Origin: Xylographa opegraphella
Lineage: Eukaryota
DNA: 64,000 bases
Direction of reading: 5' to 3'
NCBI GenBank assembly: GCA_022813865.1
Contig: JALDZX010000070.1
Span: forward strand, 1 to 64,000
The position numbers and the translations under genes were made by a program. This document shows positions 33,380 through 45,603 of this stretch, one piece after another (position 1 is the stretch's first letter; every line of letters starts with the position of its first letter). A model generated the notes under the pieces. That model was not told the DNA's origin. It saw nothing but the letters and a program-made list of their open reading frames with translations, and searched no databases.

Positions 33380-34004
33380 CTGAGACACTGCACTTCATAC
33401 GAAGTCGGTGAGAGCAAGACCGAATCGAAGAATGGTGTATCTACTGGTGAATCGCCGCAATAGATCATCTCTCGAATCTAGCTGCAGGCACTGCCTGCCA
33501 AGTGAATGCTACCTTGCGCTAGGTTGAGGCATCCGTGGGGAACGGTGCCGCCGCCGAACCTATTCTTACATTATCCTGTCCATTAGCCATTAGTACCGTC
33601 CGTTCTCCATAAGGTAAACATTGCCGCCTACAGCCTGTATCTAGTCGTCGTCGTCGTCGCAAGATATCTGCTTGCAGTATGTATTGATCCCAAATATGCT
33701 CTTACAGTAGAACGATCCACCATAGTCTCTCGTCTTGTTACAGCCCAATATCCCGAAACACAAGAAATCATTCACGAAGTTATCACTTTGCATCATGTAC
33801 GTCAGGAAGTTCTCCAAGAGAAGCTTGCTAGGAGAGATTGGGCTTGTTAACTATACGGAATTATTTTCCAATTGCTTCAGAGGTTGAAAATATCAACCTC
33901 GACAGCTCGTTCATTCAAATGAAATGACACGGATAGCAGCTCTGTCTATCAATTCCATGCAATTTCATCCTAGGTTTCACTCTTTCCCAAATCCAGCGCT
34001 TTCT

Positions 34005-35111
34005 TTATTGATGCTTGACTGCCTTCGTCAGCACTCCACCACACCACACCGCAACTATGCTCCTCGTTGCTCTGATATCCTCCAGTGGATTTTCCTCGAT
34101 CAACACCAAATCCGCTCTCTTTCCCACCTCAATCGCTCCGCGATCTTTCAGCCCGAAGAATCTAGTCGGTAGCACCGTTGCTGCCCGCAAGGCGTCCACG
34201 TTGGTAAGTCCCGCCGCCACCAACAGCTCCAGCTCGCGATGAAGACTTTCTCCGTGCTGTACTGGGCATGCTGAGCCCTCGAACGTGTTTGCGTCAGTTC
34301 CAGCCAGGATATGAACTCCGCCTTCATACAGTGCCGTGACGCTGGCGCGAGCGGGCTCATAGTTGAGACCCGGGCGAGGAAAATTCTTGACCATTGCCTC
34401 CATCATGGTCAGTGTGGGGACGGCAATGCGATGCTCATCTATCATTCTTTCAGCGTCATCAGCGCCCAAGGCTATATCGAGAGGGACGTGCGTCAAGATA
34501 TCCGCATCGGCGTCTTGCGCCATTTTATAGGCGATGTTCTTGGCTGCGTGGGCAAAGCAAAGCTTACCTCCCCCATGCGAAGCCTCGACAAGAGCGTTGA
34601 GTGTTGCTTGGTCGAAACCAGGCACGTCGGCGATTACCTTGATATAATCGGATCCCTCAGCAACGCGGTCTGCAACGAATTGTTCGGCCTGGTCCGCGGA
34701 TGTGATGAGCAATTCCGTGGGCAATTGGGTGAGTTTGCAGTGTATGCCGTTGGGACTCGACGCAGGTGCACCGGTGGAGCGGATCGACGGCAGCCCCGGC
34801 AGAGAGCGCAGTGGGTTCAGATCGGAAAGCGGGAAGTAGCCCATGTCGAGCGCAGTGGTGATGCCTGAGGCGAGGAGGGCGTGCAAGGATGAAATGCCAT
34901 TGAGGTGAATATGAGAGTCGATGAGCCCCGGGAGAAGAATGTGGGATTCGCAGTCAATGACATTCGAGGTAGCCAATTCCAAATCAGAACTAGGGAAAGC
35001 GGAGATGGAGGTAATGAGGGTACCGGTGAGGGTAACTGTGCTCGGAGGGAGGAGCTCTTTGCCGTTGAAGATGCGGACATTGAGCAGATTGGTAGTGGTA
35101 GCATCTGGCAT
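34005..35111 (-). CDS. Metal-dependent amidohydrolase superfamily protein (intronless)
   Basis: LLPGLIDSHIHL (HxH), GSDYIK (Lys), AHA, THVP, AGTDAN (Asp) and DRGAIEVGKRADLVLI. Confidence 0.93.
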   Translation of the reverse strand: MPDATTTNLLNVRIFNGKELLPPSTVTLTGTLITSISAFPSSDLELATSNVIDCESHILLPGLIDSHIHLNGISSLHALLASGITTALDMGYFPLSDLNPLRSLPGLPSIRSTGAPASSPNGIHCKLTQLPTELLITSADQAEQFVADRVAEGSDYIKVIADVPGFDQATLNALVEASHGGGKLCFAHAAKNIAYKMAQDADADILTHVPLDIALGADDAERMIDEHRIAVPTLTMMEAMVKNFPRPGLNYEPARASVTALYEGGVHILAGTDANTFEGSACPVQHGESLHRELELLVAAGLTNVDALRAATVLPTRFFGLKDRGAIEVGKRADLVLIEENPLEDIRATRSIVAVWCGGVLTKAVKHQ

Positions 35112-35631
35112 CTTGTTGATTTTCGCACAGGCGTAATGAAGAGAGTCAACTACTGAGGTCTAGTTCCAAAGATTGTAGGCTAGGAGTTGACAGTGTGCAA
35201 TTGCTCGAACCAATGCGCAGTGAGAAGTGGCGAACCGCCTGAAATAGAACAAAGGTGAATAATATCTATCCGGCACGGAAAAGAATCTTTCCATCTCTAG
35301 TGATGTCTCTTCCATACAACCTACCTTAATCAACTGGCCTCCCATTGTGAATATGTGGTGTGATGGCCAGACTAAGTGCTGTACAGTGCCATTTATAGAT
35401 AGTCGCTCCATTCTTTTCCTTAACACCGAAAGCCAATGTGTCTCATCAACTACGCTGTCACCACAAATCCAATCACCAATGCAGCTACGGTTGCGAAGTT
35501 GCGGATGATAAGTGACTCCCGGTGGAGGGCTAAACATCCCAAGTGTGACGATTCGTAAGCTTCTGCTGGCTACCAAGTTAGGCGATCGTCGTGCCTCGCG
35601 TGCCTCGGGGTGCCGCAGGCTGCAGTCGACA

Positions 35632-35675
35632 GTGACTCGACCTTGACTCGACCGTGATTCGACCGTGACTCGATG
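35632..35675. promoter_or_regulatory. Four 11-bp tandem units carrying TGACTC/TGATTC (Gcn4/Cpc1-type core) in a divergent promoter
   Basis: gtgactcgacc ttgactcgacc gtgattcgacc gtgactcgatg. Another TGACTC at 35513 and TATAAA at 35731. Confidence 0.5.
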
Positions 35676-35847
35676 ATGGGACCTGCTGAGTAAGAGCGGC
35701 AAGACTACACCATACCTGATATCTGATATCTATAAATCTGTTGCCCCAGCCATGTAACTGATTCTGCTTTCTGATTTCTACACGCTGCTGTCTTGAAATA
35801 TACTCATACGCGACCTCCTCTCTAATATTATCCTATCGTCCGCAACG

Positions 35848-36959
35848 ATGGTCAATATCAAACATGTCCGTAGCTCCAACGCCAGCCTGGCGGCCAAAGC
35901 GCCCGGCATGGTCGCCCTCTTTATCGGCGGCACGAGTGGCAGCGGAATGGGCACCCTGAAACAACTCGCCCGACACGCCAAAGCCCCCAAAGTCTACATC
36001 GTCGGCCGATCCCAACATTCCGCAACGCTGCTCCTCGACGAGCTCAAGAGCCTCAACCCCCAAGGCACATTCATCTTCCTCGAGACAGAGATCTCCCTGA
36101 TCCGCAACGTCGACCAGATATGCCGGGAGATCAGCAGCCAGGAGAAGCAGATGGACCTGATCGTCCTCTCCACCGGCTACCTGACCTTCGCCGGCCGCCA
36201 AGGTAACCCTTCCCGCTCCGCCAATCCGGTCTCCAACCGACCCAGAAGAACCCAGCTAACCCTCACCTCCCAGAAACCGACGAAGGCATCGACACCCTCG
36301 CCGCCCTGAGCTATTACATCCGCCTACGCACCGTCCACAACCTCCTCCCCCTCCTACACGCGAGCCCCTCCGCCCGCGTAATATCCATCCTCGCCGGCGG
36401 CAAGGAAAGCGCGATCGACCTCACAGACCTCGAAAACCGCAAGAAGCACTCCTTGACCGCCGCGGCCGTCACCTCAACCACGCAAAACACCCTCGCCTTC
36501 GAATGGCTGGCCCAGGCCCACCCGACCATCACCTTCGCGCACGTCTACCCCGGCTTCGTGGCCACGGGCCAGATGGAGCGCTTCATGCGCACGGCCCCGG
36601 GCTTCTGGGCCTGGCCCGCGTGGGTGGCGCAGAAGACGCTCGTGCCGCTCCTGTACCTGTTCGCGCAGACGCCCGACGCCGTCGGCGAGCGGCTGCTTTT
36701 CATTGCCACGAGCGCGCGCTACCCGCCCGCTGAGCCGGGGGGGGAGGGCTTCATGGCGGCGATGCCGAAGGGGGTGGCCGTTGCGCAGAGCTCGGTCGAG
36801 GAAGGCGGGAGGGGGAATGGTGTGTATAGGCTGAATAACTATGGGGAGAGCGCCCCGGACTCGGCGGTGTTGAAGGATTATCGGAGGCAGGGGGCTGGGA
36901 AGACGGTTTGGCAGAGCACGGAAGGGGTGTGGGCGCGGGCGTTGAAGAAAGCGACCTAG
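35848..36959 (+). CDS. Atypical short-chain dehydrogenase/reductase; 2 exons
   Basis: VALFIGGTSGSG Rossmann motif, VYIVGRS, intron ~36203-36273, ETDEGIDTLAALSYYIRLR and FAHVYPGFVAT. Confidence 0.9.
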
Positions 36960-37236
36960 TTTCTGGTTGGACTAACGGTCATTCCCAATTGGGTTTCAGA
37001 TGGCAATGGTTGACTTGGGATATTAATGTTGGGGTTTGTAGTCTGCAAACAAGATAGCGCAGCGCTGTAACCATTGAATTACGATCGAGTAGAGACCGGC
37101 ATATACTCAGAATTCAGTTCGACCCCCTCATCACCCAAGGTATAATAGTATTACATAATGGTGCCTCGCATCTCTCCCAAGTCTCGACCGCTCAGCCCCG
37201 TCCGTCCTTCCGGACCCTCCACCATTAGCTAAATAT

Positions 37237-38328
37237 TCAAATGAATCGTGGCTCACGCCAGGGTCCATCCCTTTCAGTCCCTTTTGTCCCGTCGTAACGT
37301 GGCTGGGCAGCAGCATCCAAGTGCCGAGCACGTCGCCTTCGCCTGATAAAGAGATAGACGAGCCCTGTTATAATCGCAACACCAGCCACACACCCAGTGA
37401 CGATACCTGCAATGTCAGCGCCAGACAACGGGTTTGGAAACGTTACCCCTGTAGGACTTGGTAGTGTAGCTGCGACGCGGGATGAGGACGTAGTGTTGGT
37501 GATGCGGACACAGTTCATACGAGCCTGGGTTGCTACGACGTGCGCGCTGCTCTGAAGGCGATTCGCAGGCTGCATGAAGACAGCAAGAACGGCTTTGACG
37601 CTTCGATATGCGGTATCGTAGGCGGAGTAAGGGTCACTTGCCGGAAAGGTTGAAAGTCCGTCCTCTATGTTTAGGAAGCCGCCGAAGGTGACGTTAGGAT
37701 ATGCCGGCAATGTACATGTTCCTGATGTCAGTTCTATGCTCAAACTTAGCTTGACATGGCCTGTCGCAGTACCGGGTTAACTGTTACCAGCGGAACCAAC
37801 GGTCAAGCCGTTGTCCGAGAAGTATGGCGCACAACTCGCATTCTTCATTGCGTCTATAATACTGCTGACGATTTGTTGGCAGACAAAGGACAGGTTTGGA
37901 CCGGTCCCAAAACCAGCCATCTGAGCATCGCCCGCCTCCTCGGCCGCGAGCTTCAATGAAGCTACACAGGTTGGGTCGAGAGTCTGCTCGCATAGACCGT
38001 CGTCCGCCTGACCTCGCTCAATAGTGTTCTCGGGAAGTGAGAGTTCAATACCACATGCGTTTAGCTCGTTGGTAGTGCTGGAGAGGTTTATGCCAGCAGG
38101 AGAACCCAGCCAAAGATTGGCTGGGGCAAGGTTGCTTTTGTTCTCGAACACGGAGTATAGCCATACGAAGCTGGCATTTCCAGGTACTGTTTCCCCGTCG
38201 AGAGAAAAGGATGCTGCTCCAGTTGCATTTGCATACTTGAAGCTATCCGGACAGGTGATAGCGGAACTGTTCTGCGAAGACACGGGCGACGCCAGAGCAA
38301 GATAAATGGCTACCAGGAAGCAAAACAT
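37237..38328 (-). CDS. Single-pass membrane protein with signal peptide and Cys-containing ectodomain; 2 exons
   Basis: MFCFLVAIYLALASPVSS signal, GQADDGLCEQTLDPTCVASL, intron ~37735-37787, LSGADIAGIVTGCVAGVAIITGLVYLFI followed by RRRRR. The 3' end is uncertain. Confidence 0.75.
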
Positions 38329-39118
38329 TGTGAAGATTCCTGAAGCCTTACCGAGTGAGGTGGGCGTGAGGGGATATAAGTATTTGCATTATCGGAGAAA
38401 CCTCGACGAATTAGATATTTCCGCAGTCAAAGAACGGCTGAGCGCATGTAGATCTCAACGTCTTTCCTTGCCTCGGTCCCTTGGACGTGACGCACTAAGC
38501 CCCTACAGGTTAGTGTGCCAAGTCTGCGCAATACGCAGTCCGCTTCGGCTTACGTGTCATACCTTGGCGAGCTTGGCAATACGTACACGAGCGCCGGACT
38601 GCCAGATTTCACTGATGCCTAAGAGGTTATGGCTAATGTGTTTACATAAAGCTCCATATTGTTTCTCATTGAGATTATAGCCTAACGCAACATGGGGAAC
38701 GTTTTCCATTGTTGTAGAATGACTAGAAGAAACTTGCGCTGCGAGCAAACACTTGAGGAAGCCGTCATCTAAGCCCGCTTACGAGTACCTGCTACCTGCA
38801 ACGCTGGACGGTACACCTCATCTGAGAAACGAGAGCTTCGGGCAATTTGGCGCATTTATGCCAGGTATCCTTTGAATTTGCAGGATTGATGGGGTTCTGA
38901 GCTCGCCCGGGCCGGCGGATTGAGCATCGAATTAGTTCTTTACTCCTTGAAGGATCTTTCCCCATCAGCCCTGATCCTCCTGATATACGTGCGGGACGTC
39001 CGCAAGATAAAGGCACTGCCTTTCTGGCGCTGATGATGGGAAGAGCGTCGGTTTGAGACCTCCTGGAAGGGAATGTCCCGCTGCTGTGTATGGCTGAATG
39101 CTCAAAGGAGTCTTCTCG

Positions 39119-39676
39119 TCAAACCTGGTAGAGATGTAGCGTGGATTCGACCTTCACCATCACGCTGATCTCCACTAGCATTTCCGGTGACCCTCCGTGA
39201 GCAGGGATCGTCACAAACTCGGACGACATTCCAAGCCTCCTTCGAGTCTGCAAACATTCATGCACCACCCGACCTGCAGCATGCTGTGCCGGATTCCAGA
39301 CGTAGAATGCCAGCGTAACGTCAGACATTGGAACCGCTATTCCTGTGGAGCGCGGTACTCCGTTTACCACCTCAGGCCGGAAAACGCTGACCTGTACACC
39401 GCATCTTACAAAATTTTGAAGATCGCTGTATTGGAATGAAGCTGGCACGTTGAAGTGCTGCACTTGGGGGTGTAAGATCACGCTGCCATGTCCGTTTGCA
39501 CCAGCGTTGCCGATATCAATCCTCCAAACGGGTAAGGCTTCTACGGCACGATTGCACGCCGCGATCTGGGCGACAGCTCGGGGAGCGACCAAGGGAAAGC
39601 CATTGCAGGAGACCAGAGATGAGACTGGAGCGAAGTTGACGATGGCATCCACAAGAAGTAGTGTAAGAAAGCGCAT
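39119..39676 (-). CDS. Orphan secreted protein (~185 aa, 4 Cys)
   Basis: MRFLTLLLVDAIVNFAPVSSLVSC signal-like start, with ACNRAVEALP, PASFQY..RCGVQV and W..A..AAGRVVHECL in one ORF. Confidence 0.65.
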   Translation of the reverse strand: MRFLTLLLVDAIVNFAPVSSLVSCNGFPLVAPRAVAQIAACNRAVEALPVWRIDIGNAGANGHGSVILHPQVQHFNVPASFQYSDLQNFVRCGVQVSVFRPEVVNGVPRSTGIAVPMSDVTLAFYVWNPAQHAAGRVVHECLQTRRRLGMSSEFVTIPAHGGSPEMLVEISVMVKVESTLHLYQV

Positions 39677-41088
39677 CTTGCTGCGAAGCAAGGTATCCGG
39701 GAGCGAGACGACGAGTGGCGACGAGGGGGAAGCGTGGGGATATGACAAGTGCAATGAGCAAGATAACAAATATGAAATGTGGTTGAACTACGCGGGTCAG
39801 TCAACGAGAGGCTCGCGTAAGAAGACGGCTATACGCGCCACTTTCATGTCCAGTGAACCTCCAGAAACCAGTTGGCACACAATGATCGGCTGCACATCCC
39901 TCTCTAAACATATCTTGCAGAGATTATACACGTTGAAGTATTCGAAAGAAGTTAAGTTGCTACCCAAGCGAAACGCCGGCCAGTCGGGGCTCTAATGCTA
40001 CCTTAGCCTTGGCAGGGTTAGGGCTATATCCAAGTTCGATACATGATTCTTTGAGTATTATAACTTTCTTTAAGGATTCCGACGACCATCTTCTCACGGC
40101 ATTCTTCTCGTCCAGCTAAATATGTTCAACAACGGCTAAGCAGGACTGTAGTACCTTGTTTCCTCCGGAGTAGTTGTTTTCCAGGAGATTTGCTCTACCG
40201 GTTCATCAAGAATCAGTATCCGAAGCTGTCGTCCCTATAGAATTACCGGTATGGTGACATATCAGGAGTTACGTACAAGCATATAACTCGCCTCTGCTCC
40301 GTTCCACACCGAATAAGAGTCTGTTGTCAACGGGTGCAAATCTCCAGCAGACATGCGCAGAAGACCATTTGTCATAGCAGTTCAGACTCCGACTAACAAG
40401 CAGAACTTATCAGAAGATAACGATCCAACTCCCTCCTCATTCTTCGCTCTGCCATTTCAGACAAGGTATTAGCATCATACGCAAAAGTGGAGGTCATAAG
40501 CACCTATTGCGAAACATTGCTAGAGCGGTCATGTCATGTTCGCATCGTAGCTACACGAGTTGATGAAGTTGAGAGTGCTAGCTTGAGATATTGCCGCATC
40601 CTTGATCCGGTAGAGTTTCATCCCTGTGCCGTTCTAAGAATTTTCGCTCCTCAGATCAGCAGGCTGTACCTATTCGACGCCATGGATGTATCCTACACCG
40701 AGGTACATCAGCGCGGTGACCAATCCGATCTCATCCTGACTTGCTCTGTCAGCTTGGCATACAATCACAATGAACAAATTGGAAACACCCATTTAGATGT
40801 AGCAGTGTGCTTGAAAGTGAAATTCTGAGTGGAAGGTGCAGTACTGTACTCGGGACACAGACACAGTACTCTCAACTTGAAATTATTCACGACTGTTTCA
40901 ATTTCATTTGCTGCGCTTCGTGTCGTCGACGCAGAAGCACTAGATTACGCCCGCTACTTGCAATGCACTTTATAAAGGCAATGTCAGTCCCAACGCTTCA
41001 CGGAATATTCACGCGTCAATCAAATCCACCATTACTCTAGAGCCTTGTATCTACCAAATCCTTCTCTTATGACACCGGCCGAGAGACC

Positions 41089-43910
41089 TTATCTCCTGAC
41101 CGGCGTGGGGGGATCCGGTGAACTTGGCTCCAAGGTATGCTCATGACCCGGAGCCTTGATTACCTTCCCACCCTCGATTTGTGTGCACACAGGTGTACCG
41201 GACACCCATGGATCCGCTAGCATCTCTTCTATTGTTGCTCTCCTCATGGGGTTTATCTCTAGCATCCTGCCAATGATGGTTCTGCTCTCTCGTGGCAGAA
41301 GACGAAGCAATCTCCAAGGGCCTTTGATCACTTCTTGCTTACCTGCCGACGATGTCTCAGGAGTTGCCGCACCACCAGAATCTTGTATGAGAGCCTCTGG
41401 TTGATGTTGGTTATGATGCGAATGCTTCCGCGATTCATCTTCCGTTACCTGGGGAGAATTCCCTTCAGAGTGAGGCGCAGACTTGCGCCTGGCATCATCT
41501 CCAGGAACCGAAAGATCCATCATTGATTTGGGCCTCTGTTCGGATGTCCGCCGAACACCATTTTCAGAAGGTGTGCCTGGCGACGGAGGTGAAATAAAAA
41601 GTTTGTACGAGTTGTCACTAATTCGCGGCGCTTTCCAGGGAAATCGGCGAAGAGACATACATGCGAAAATAATGGCCAACGACCAGATATCAGCTGGCTG
41701 AGGATCGTACTTTGTGTTGTCGTACACTTCAGGGGCTAAATAGGGATCTGAACCAACGACACCTATCATTTGTAAGTAAAGTTTCTGGGTTTAAAACACA
41801 TGAAACATACCGGAAGCAAGTACAATATCGTTTTCAAACGGATACCTGAAAACGCAAGCACTCCCAAAATCTATAAGCTTCATAATGCCGAATTCGTTGA
41901 CAACCACGTTGTCCAGCTTCAAATCCCTATGCGCTAGGCCCATACTGTGAAGGTATGTCACTCCGGCAAAGATTTGCAGGAACGAGCACGCAATTTCTTC
42001 TCTGGACATTTTCCCTGTCATGACCATTGCGAAGAGATCGAACGGCGCGTACTCCATGACCTCATACCAGCGACCCCTTTCTTGAATTATGTCGAGCGTC
42101 TCAATGATATTACCATGATGCAGCGTCGATCCGATACAAAATTCCGCTGTGACTTTCTTGTTGTAATCTCTCTCACTTTCGTACGAGTGACGTTCTCGAA
42201 ATTGCTTGACAGCAAAAGTGACACCGTCACCACTTCGCTTGAGCAATCGTACGGAGCCTCCAGCACCAGATCCAAGAACCTTTCCGAACTTTCCATACTT
42301 GCTTTCGAGTCCATGATCATCCGCAAAAGGCACGTGGGACGGAGGTAATTGGCGTGGGGGTGTACGAGTTCCGGATTTGTTGTTAAGCGAGGACTTCGCA
42401 GAAGGTGCAGGCGACTGTGATCTTTTGTCCTTGTGAGAGTGTCCGAACCTAAGAAACCTTTTCAAGTCTGACATGGATCCATGCGACTTTCCGATAGCGC
42501 TAGAATTATCATCACGTAGATGGCCATGATGATCTTTATGACCGGCAAGGGGCTGCATCGCGAACATGGATTTGTGCTTATCCTGGGAGGCTTTGAGATC
42601 GGCACCACTACTGGAGCGAGGTAGAGAGCCTGTATTGAGGTTGAGAGCAGTTGTGGATATCGCGGAAGCCCGACGAGAATCTTTGCCGCCAAATATGAAC
42701 CGGGGCTCAACGGCGTCCAGGTTTCGTGATTGAGGAGGTCTCTTACTTCGAGCATAGGGATCATCATGATCTCCCGATGGAGTAAAAGGTCTGGTAAAGC
42801 CTGTAGTTGGAGTTACTGTTCCTGATCCGGGCGCTGGGGTACTGCTTGGACTTTGGTCTCGAGAAACTGGTAGGGAATCGCCAGAAGGACCTGGTATGAA
42901 CAAGGGGGTTTGCTTGGGCAATGCTTCCACGATACCGGACTCAGAGGATAGCGTCGTAGGCCGTGTTGAGGGTTGCCCAGAAGACGATGGCGGCCTGGAG
43001 CCTGCTGACAGGGATGTGTGATCGGAAGACAGATTACCGTCGGCGGCTGTGTGCGGTGGTGTTTTCGATGGTCCGGAGGTTTGTGGTGTCATCTGTGTAG
43101 GCTCCACATAAGATTGCCCAGTTTGGCCACCTGTTGCAGTGGCAATTTCGGGTTTTTCATCTCGAGAAGAAGACACAGCTGGGGTGAGTGGTGGGCTTTG
43201 CATGATAAAAGAACTGGAACCTCGGGGCGACGGTAATCCAGATCTCGTGCCGTCAGCAAGTTGGCGGCGTGGACTCGGCTCATTCGAGGGTGCCTGCATA
43301 GAACTTCAGTACAAGACTCGTGCAAAATCACTCAAAAATACGTCAACAATGCAATCGACCGATGACAATCGGGTAAGTGCACAAACTTCGAAGTAAGGCT
43401 CAGATCGGAACTATGTATAGTGAGGAATCATAGTTACACTCAGACAATTGTCAAAGGATTCAAGATTGAGACAATTATGGACCTGGCAATTCAAGCATGA
43501 CAGGACGAGGATGATGTCGGTCTTTTGCAGATCCTGCTGCACTTCCGCCGCATAGAACAAATTATAACGGGCGTACGAGCCATAAGCTTGAAGAGGACAA
43601 CGATATAGAAAGTCATGGTTGCACTCACTCTAGAGACTGGCAGGGATACTGGTTCGAAAGCGAAATTGCTCATCCTGCCATGCTGTAAATGTGACTCTTG
43701 CAATGTTTTCGACAGCATGCGCAATTCCGCTTGAGCTTCTGGACTCAATGTGTCTCTAGATTTCGAATTGTCCGACGTTAGGGTAGCGATCGTGTGTAAG
43801 CTTTGCTCTGGCTCGATCTCCTGATTTTTGGAGCTGAACCGCACAGCGTGCGTGTCATTGTGTCCGGTGGCTGTCTGCCCTTGTACGGGAGAAGGATTCG
43901 AAGGATCCAT
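41089..43910 (-). CDS. SAT4: Ser/Thr protein kinase, HAL4/SAT4 (NPR/HAL) family; 3 coding exons
   Basis: [55 protein letters not shown] and DIWSLA. Introns at ~41763-41809 and ~43294-43628. The N-terminal exon is less certain than the kinase domain. Confidence 0.88.
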
Positions 43911-44890
43911 GACTGCAACGAGCCATATCCGTTAGCTTTTGGGTACTAGATTGAAAGCCGACACAATCATGTAAATAGCTTACGAGCTTGAGCTTGATCT
44001 AGAGCGACGGCTCACTCTGTTCTCTGCTTGTTGGCTTAAGAAGCAATAGCTGCCGTTCTTCTCTATCAAGAACAGAAACCAATCACGGTCATGTACTTTT
44101 GGGGCAAAGTCGTCGTTCGTTCGAAGAGGCACACAGATCGGTAGCAAGGCAGTTCGGAAAACTTTGCGTGTGGACTGGATAGTAGACCCAATCGCATTCC
44201 AGACAATGGTAACAATATCTCTGGACTACGATTGCGGTCGGTTAGCCGTAAATCATAAATGGAGTGTTTGGATCAGTGAGGAACGAATGGCTAGTACCTA
44301 GGTTGTTCCGTATTGCTACAGATAACGCATGGTAAGAGATCACGAAGCGGATAAATTGATGCTAAGAAATGCCGTGGTCAATCATGTAAGACTGCTTGGT
44401 GGAACTGGCTCCGCCGCATGTAAGAGTCCCACAAAGCTAAAAATGACATGCTGATTGCCGGTGAATCAGCACGAAAGTCAAGTCAGGTCAAGTCCATCGT
44501 GCCCCACCACAGCCCCAAGAAGAAATCCTCTCGTTGCGGTGGGAGGGGCGGCATGTGCGCCTACAACGCTATATCCACCCCCCCTTGCAATACTTTAAAT
44601 CTCGCCGAATCCCGCCGTTGCGAACAGGGGCTAAGCTTGATATGGGGCTTCACTACGGAATCGATAGGGAATGGATGCGACGTATTTCCCAAGGCCGGCT
44701 AGCAACATCGTGAAGCGGTCCCTTCTCTCTGATATCTCTTGTAAAAAGTGGTTCGTGGGCTCCCATCTTCGCGACATTCTGTTGAGAAAGGATATGATGC
44801 CCCCTTCCGCTGCCCCAACGTGATACAGCACAATGAAAACCCCCTCGCTATGCAGACACGTATGATGCAAAGTTCCTCGCCCACGCGACT

Positions 44891-45406
44891 TCATGGAACG
44901 ACCGTTATCCCCGTTGATCGCGCAGACGCAATGACACTGCGGCTCAAAGCCTCCAGACTGAGGCCCGATAACCTCAGCTCCGACTGCTTGATCTTGGCGA
45001 TGTCGTAAACATGCTTCAAGGAGACCTCGCCAACATTTTCTTTCCCTGGCTCTATGGCACCTCGTATCTTGCCCTTCCGTTCTTTGACACCGGCAGCTTG
45101 AAGTAGCAAGTAGGACGTCGTTGGAGTGCGCAGCTCGAAGTAGAATGATCGATCGGGTCGGACGGTGACTCTTGCAGGTATCGGGGTGCCAGGGGTCATA
45201 TGTGCTGTGCGCGCATTGAATTCCTTTCGATTGATCAGCTATGATTCGACATTCTCGGGTTTTGATGCTTTTCAGACCTTGCAAAAGTCCATGCTTTTGA
45301 CACCCTTACTGCCCAATGCCGGTCCTACAGGGGGACTCGGGCTCGCTTGCCCAGCCCCCACGATCAGTTTCACGATCTGGTCAGTCTGTATTGCCTTACG
45401 TGCCAT
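44891..45406 (-). CDS. MRPL19: Mitochondrial ribosomal protein uL11m; 2 exons
   Basis: [43 protein letters not shown], intron ~45225-45277, then [27 protein letters not shown]...[11 protein letters not shown]. Confidence 0.95.
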
Positions 45407-45603
45407 GTTGTGGAACGGCGTTGGAGAGACAAATAATACCTATGGATCTTACCTTCAATGTTCACGGACAGCTAATTAGCTCGTTCTGTCCTAGCTCTAT
45501 CGGCAAATATAGCCGTAGCATCGGAACCAATTCCGATTTTCACTGCTTCCAATGACGTCCGCTCTGTGCATGTTCTTGTGGTAAACACTAGCACACAACC
45601 ACT

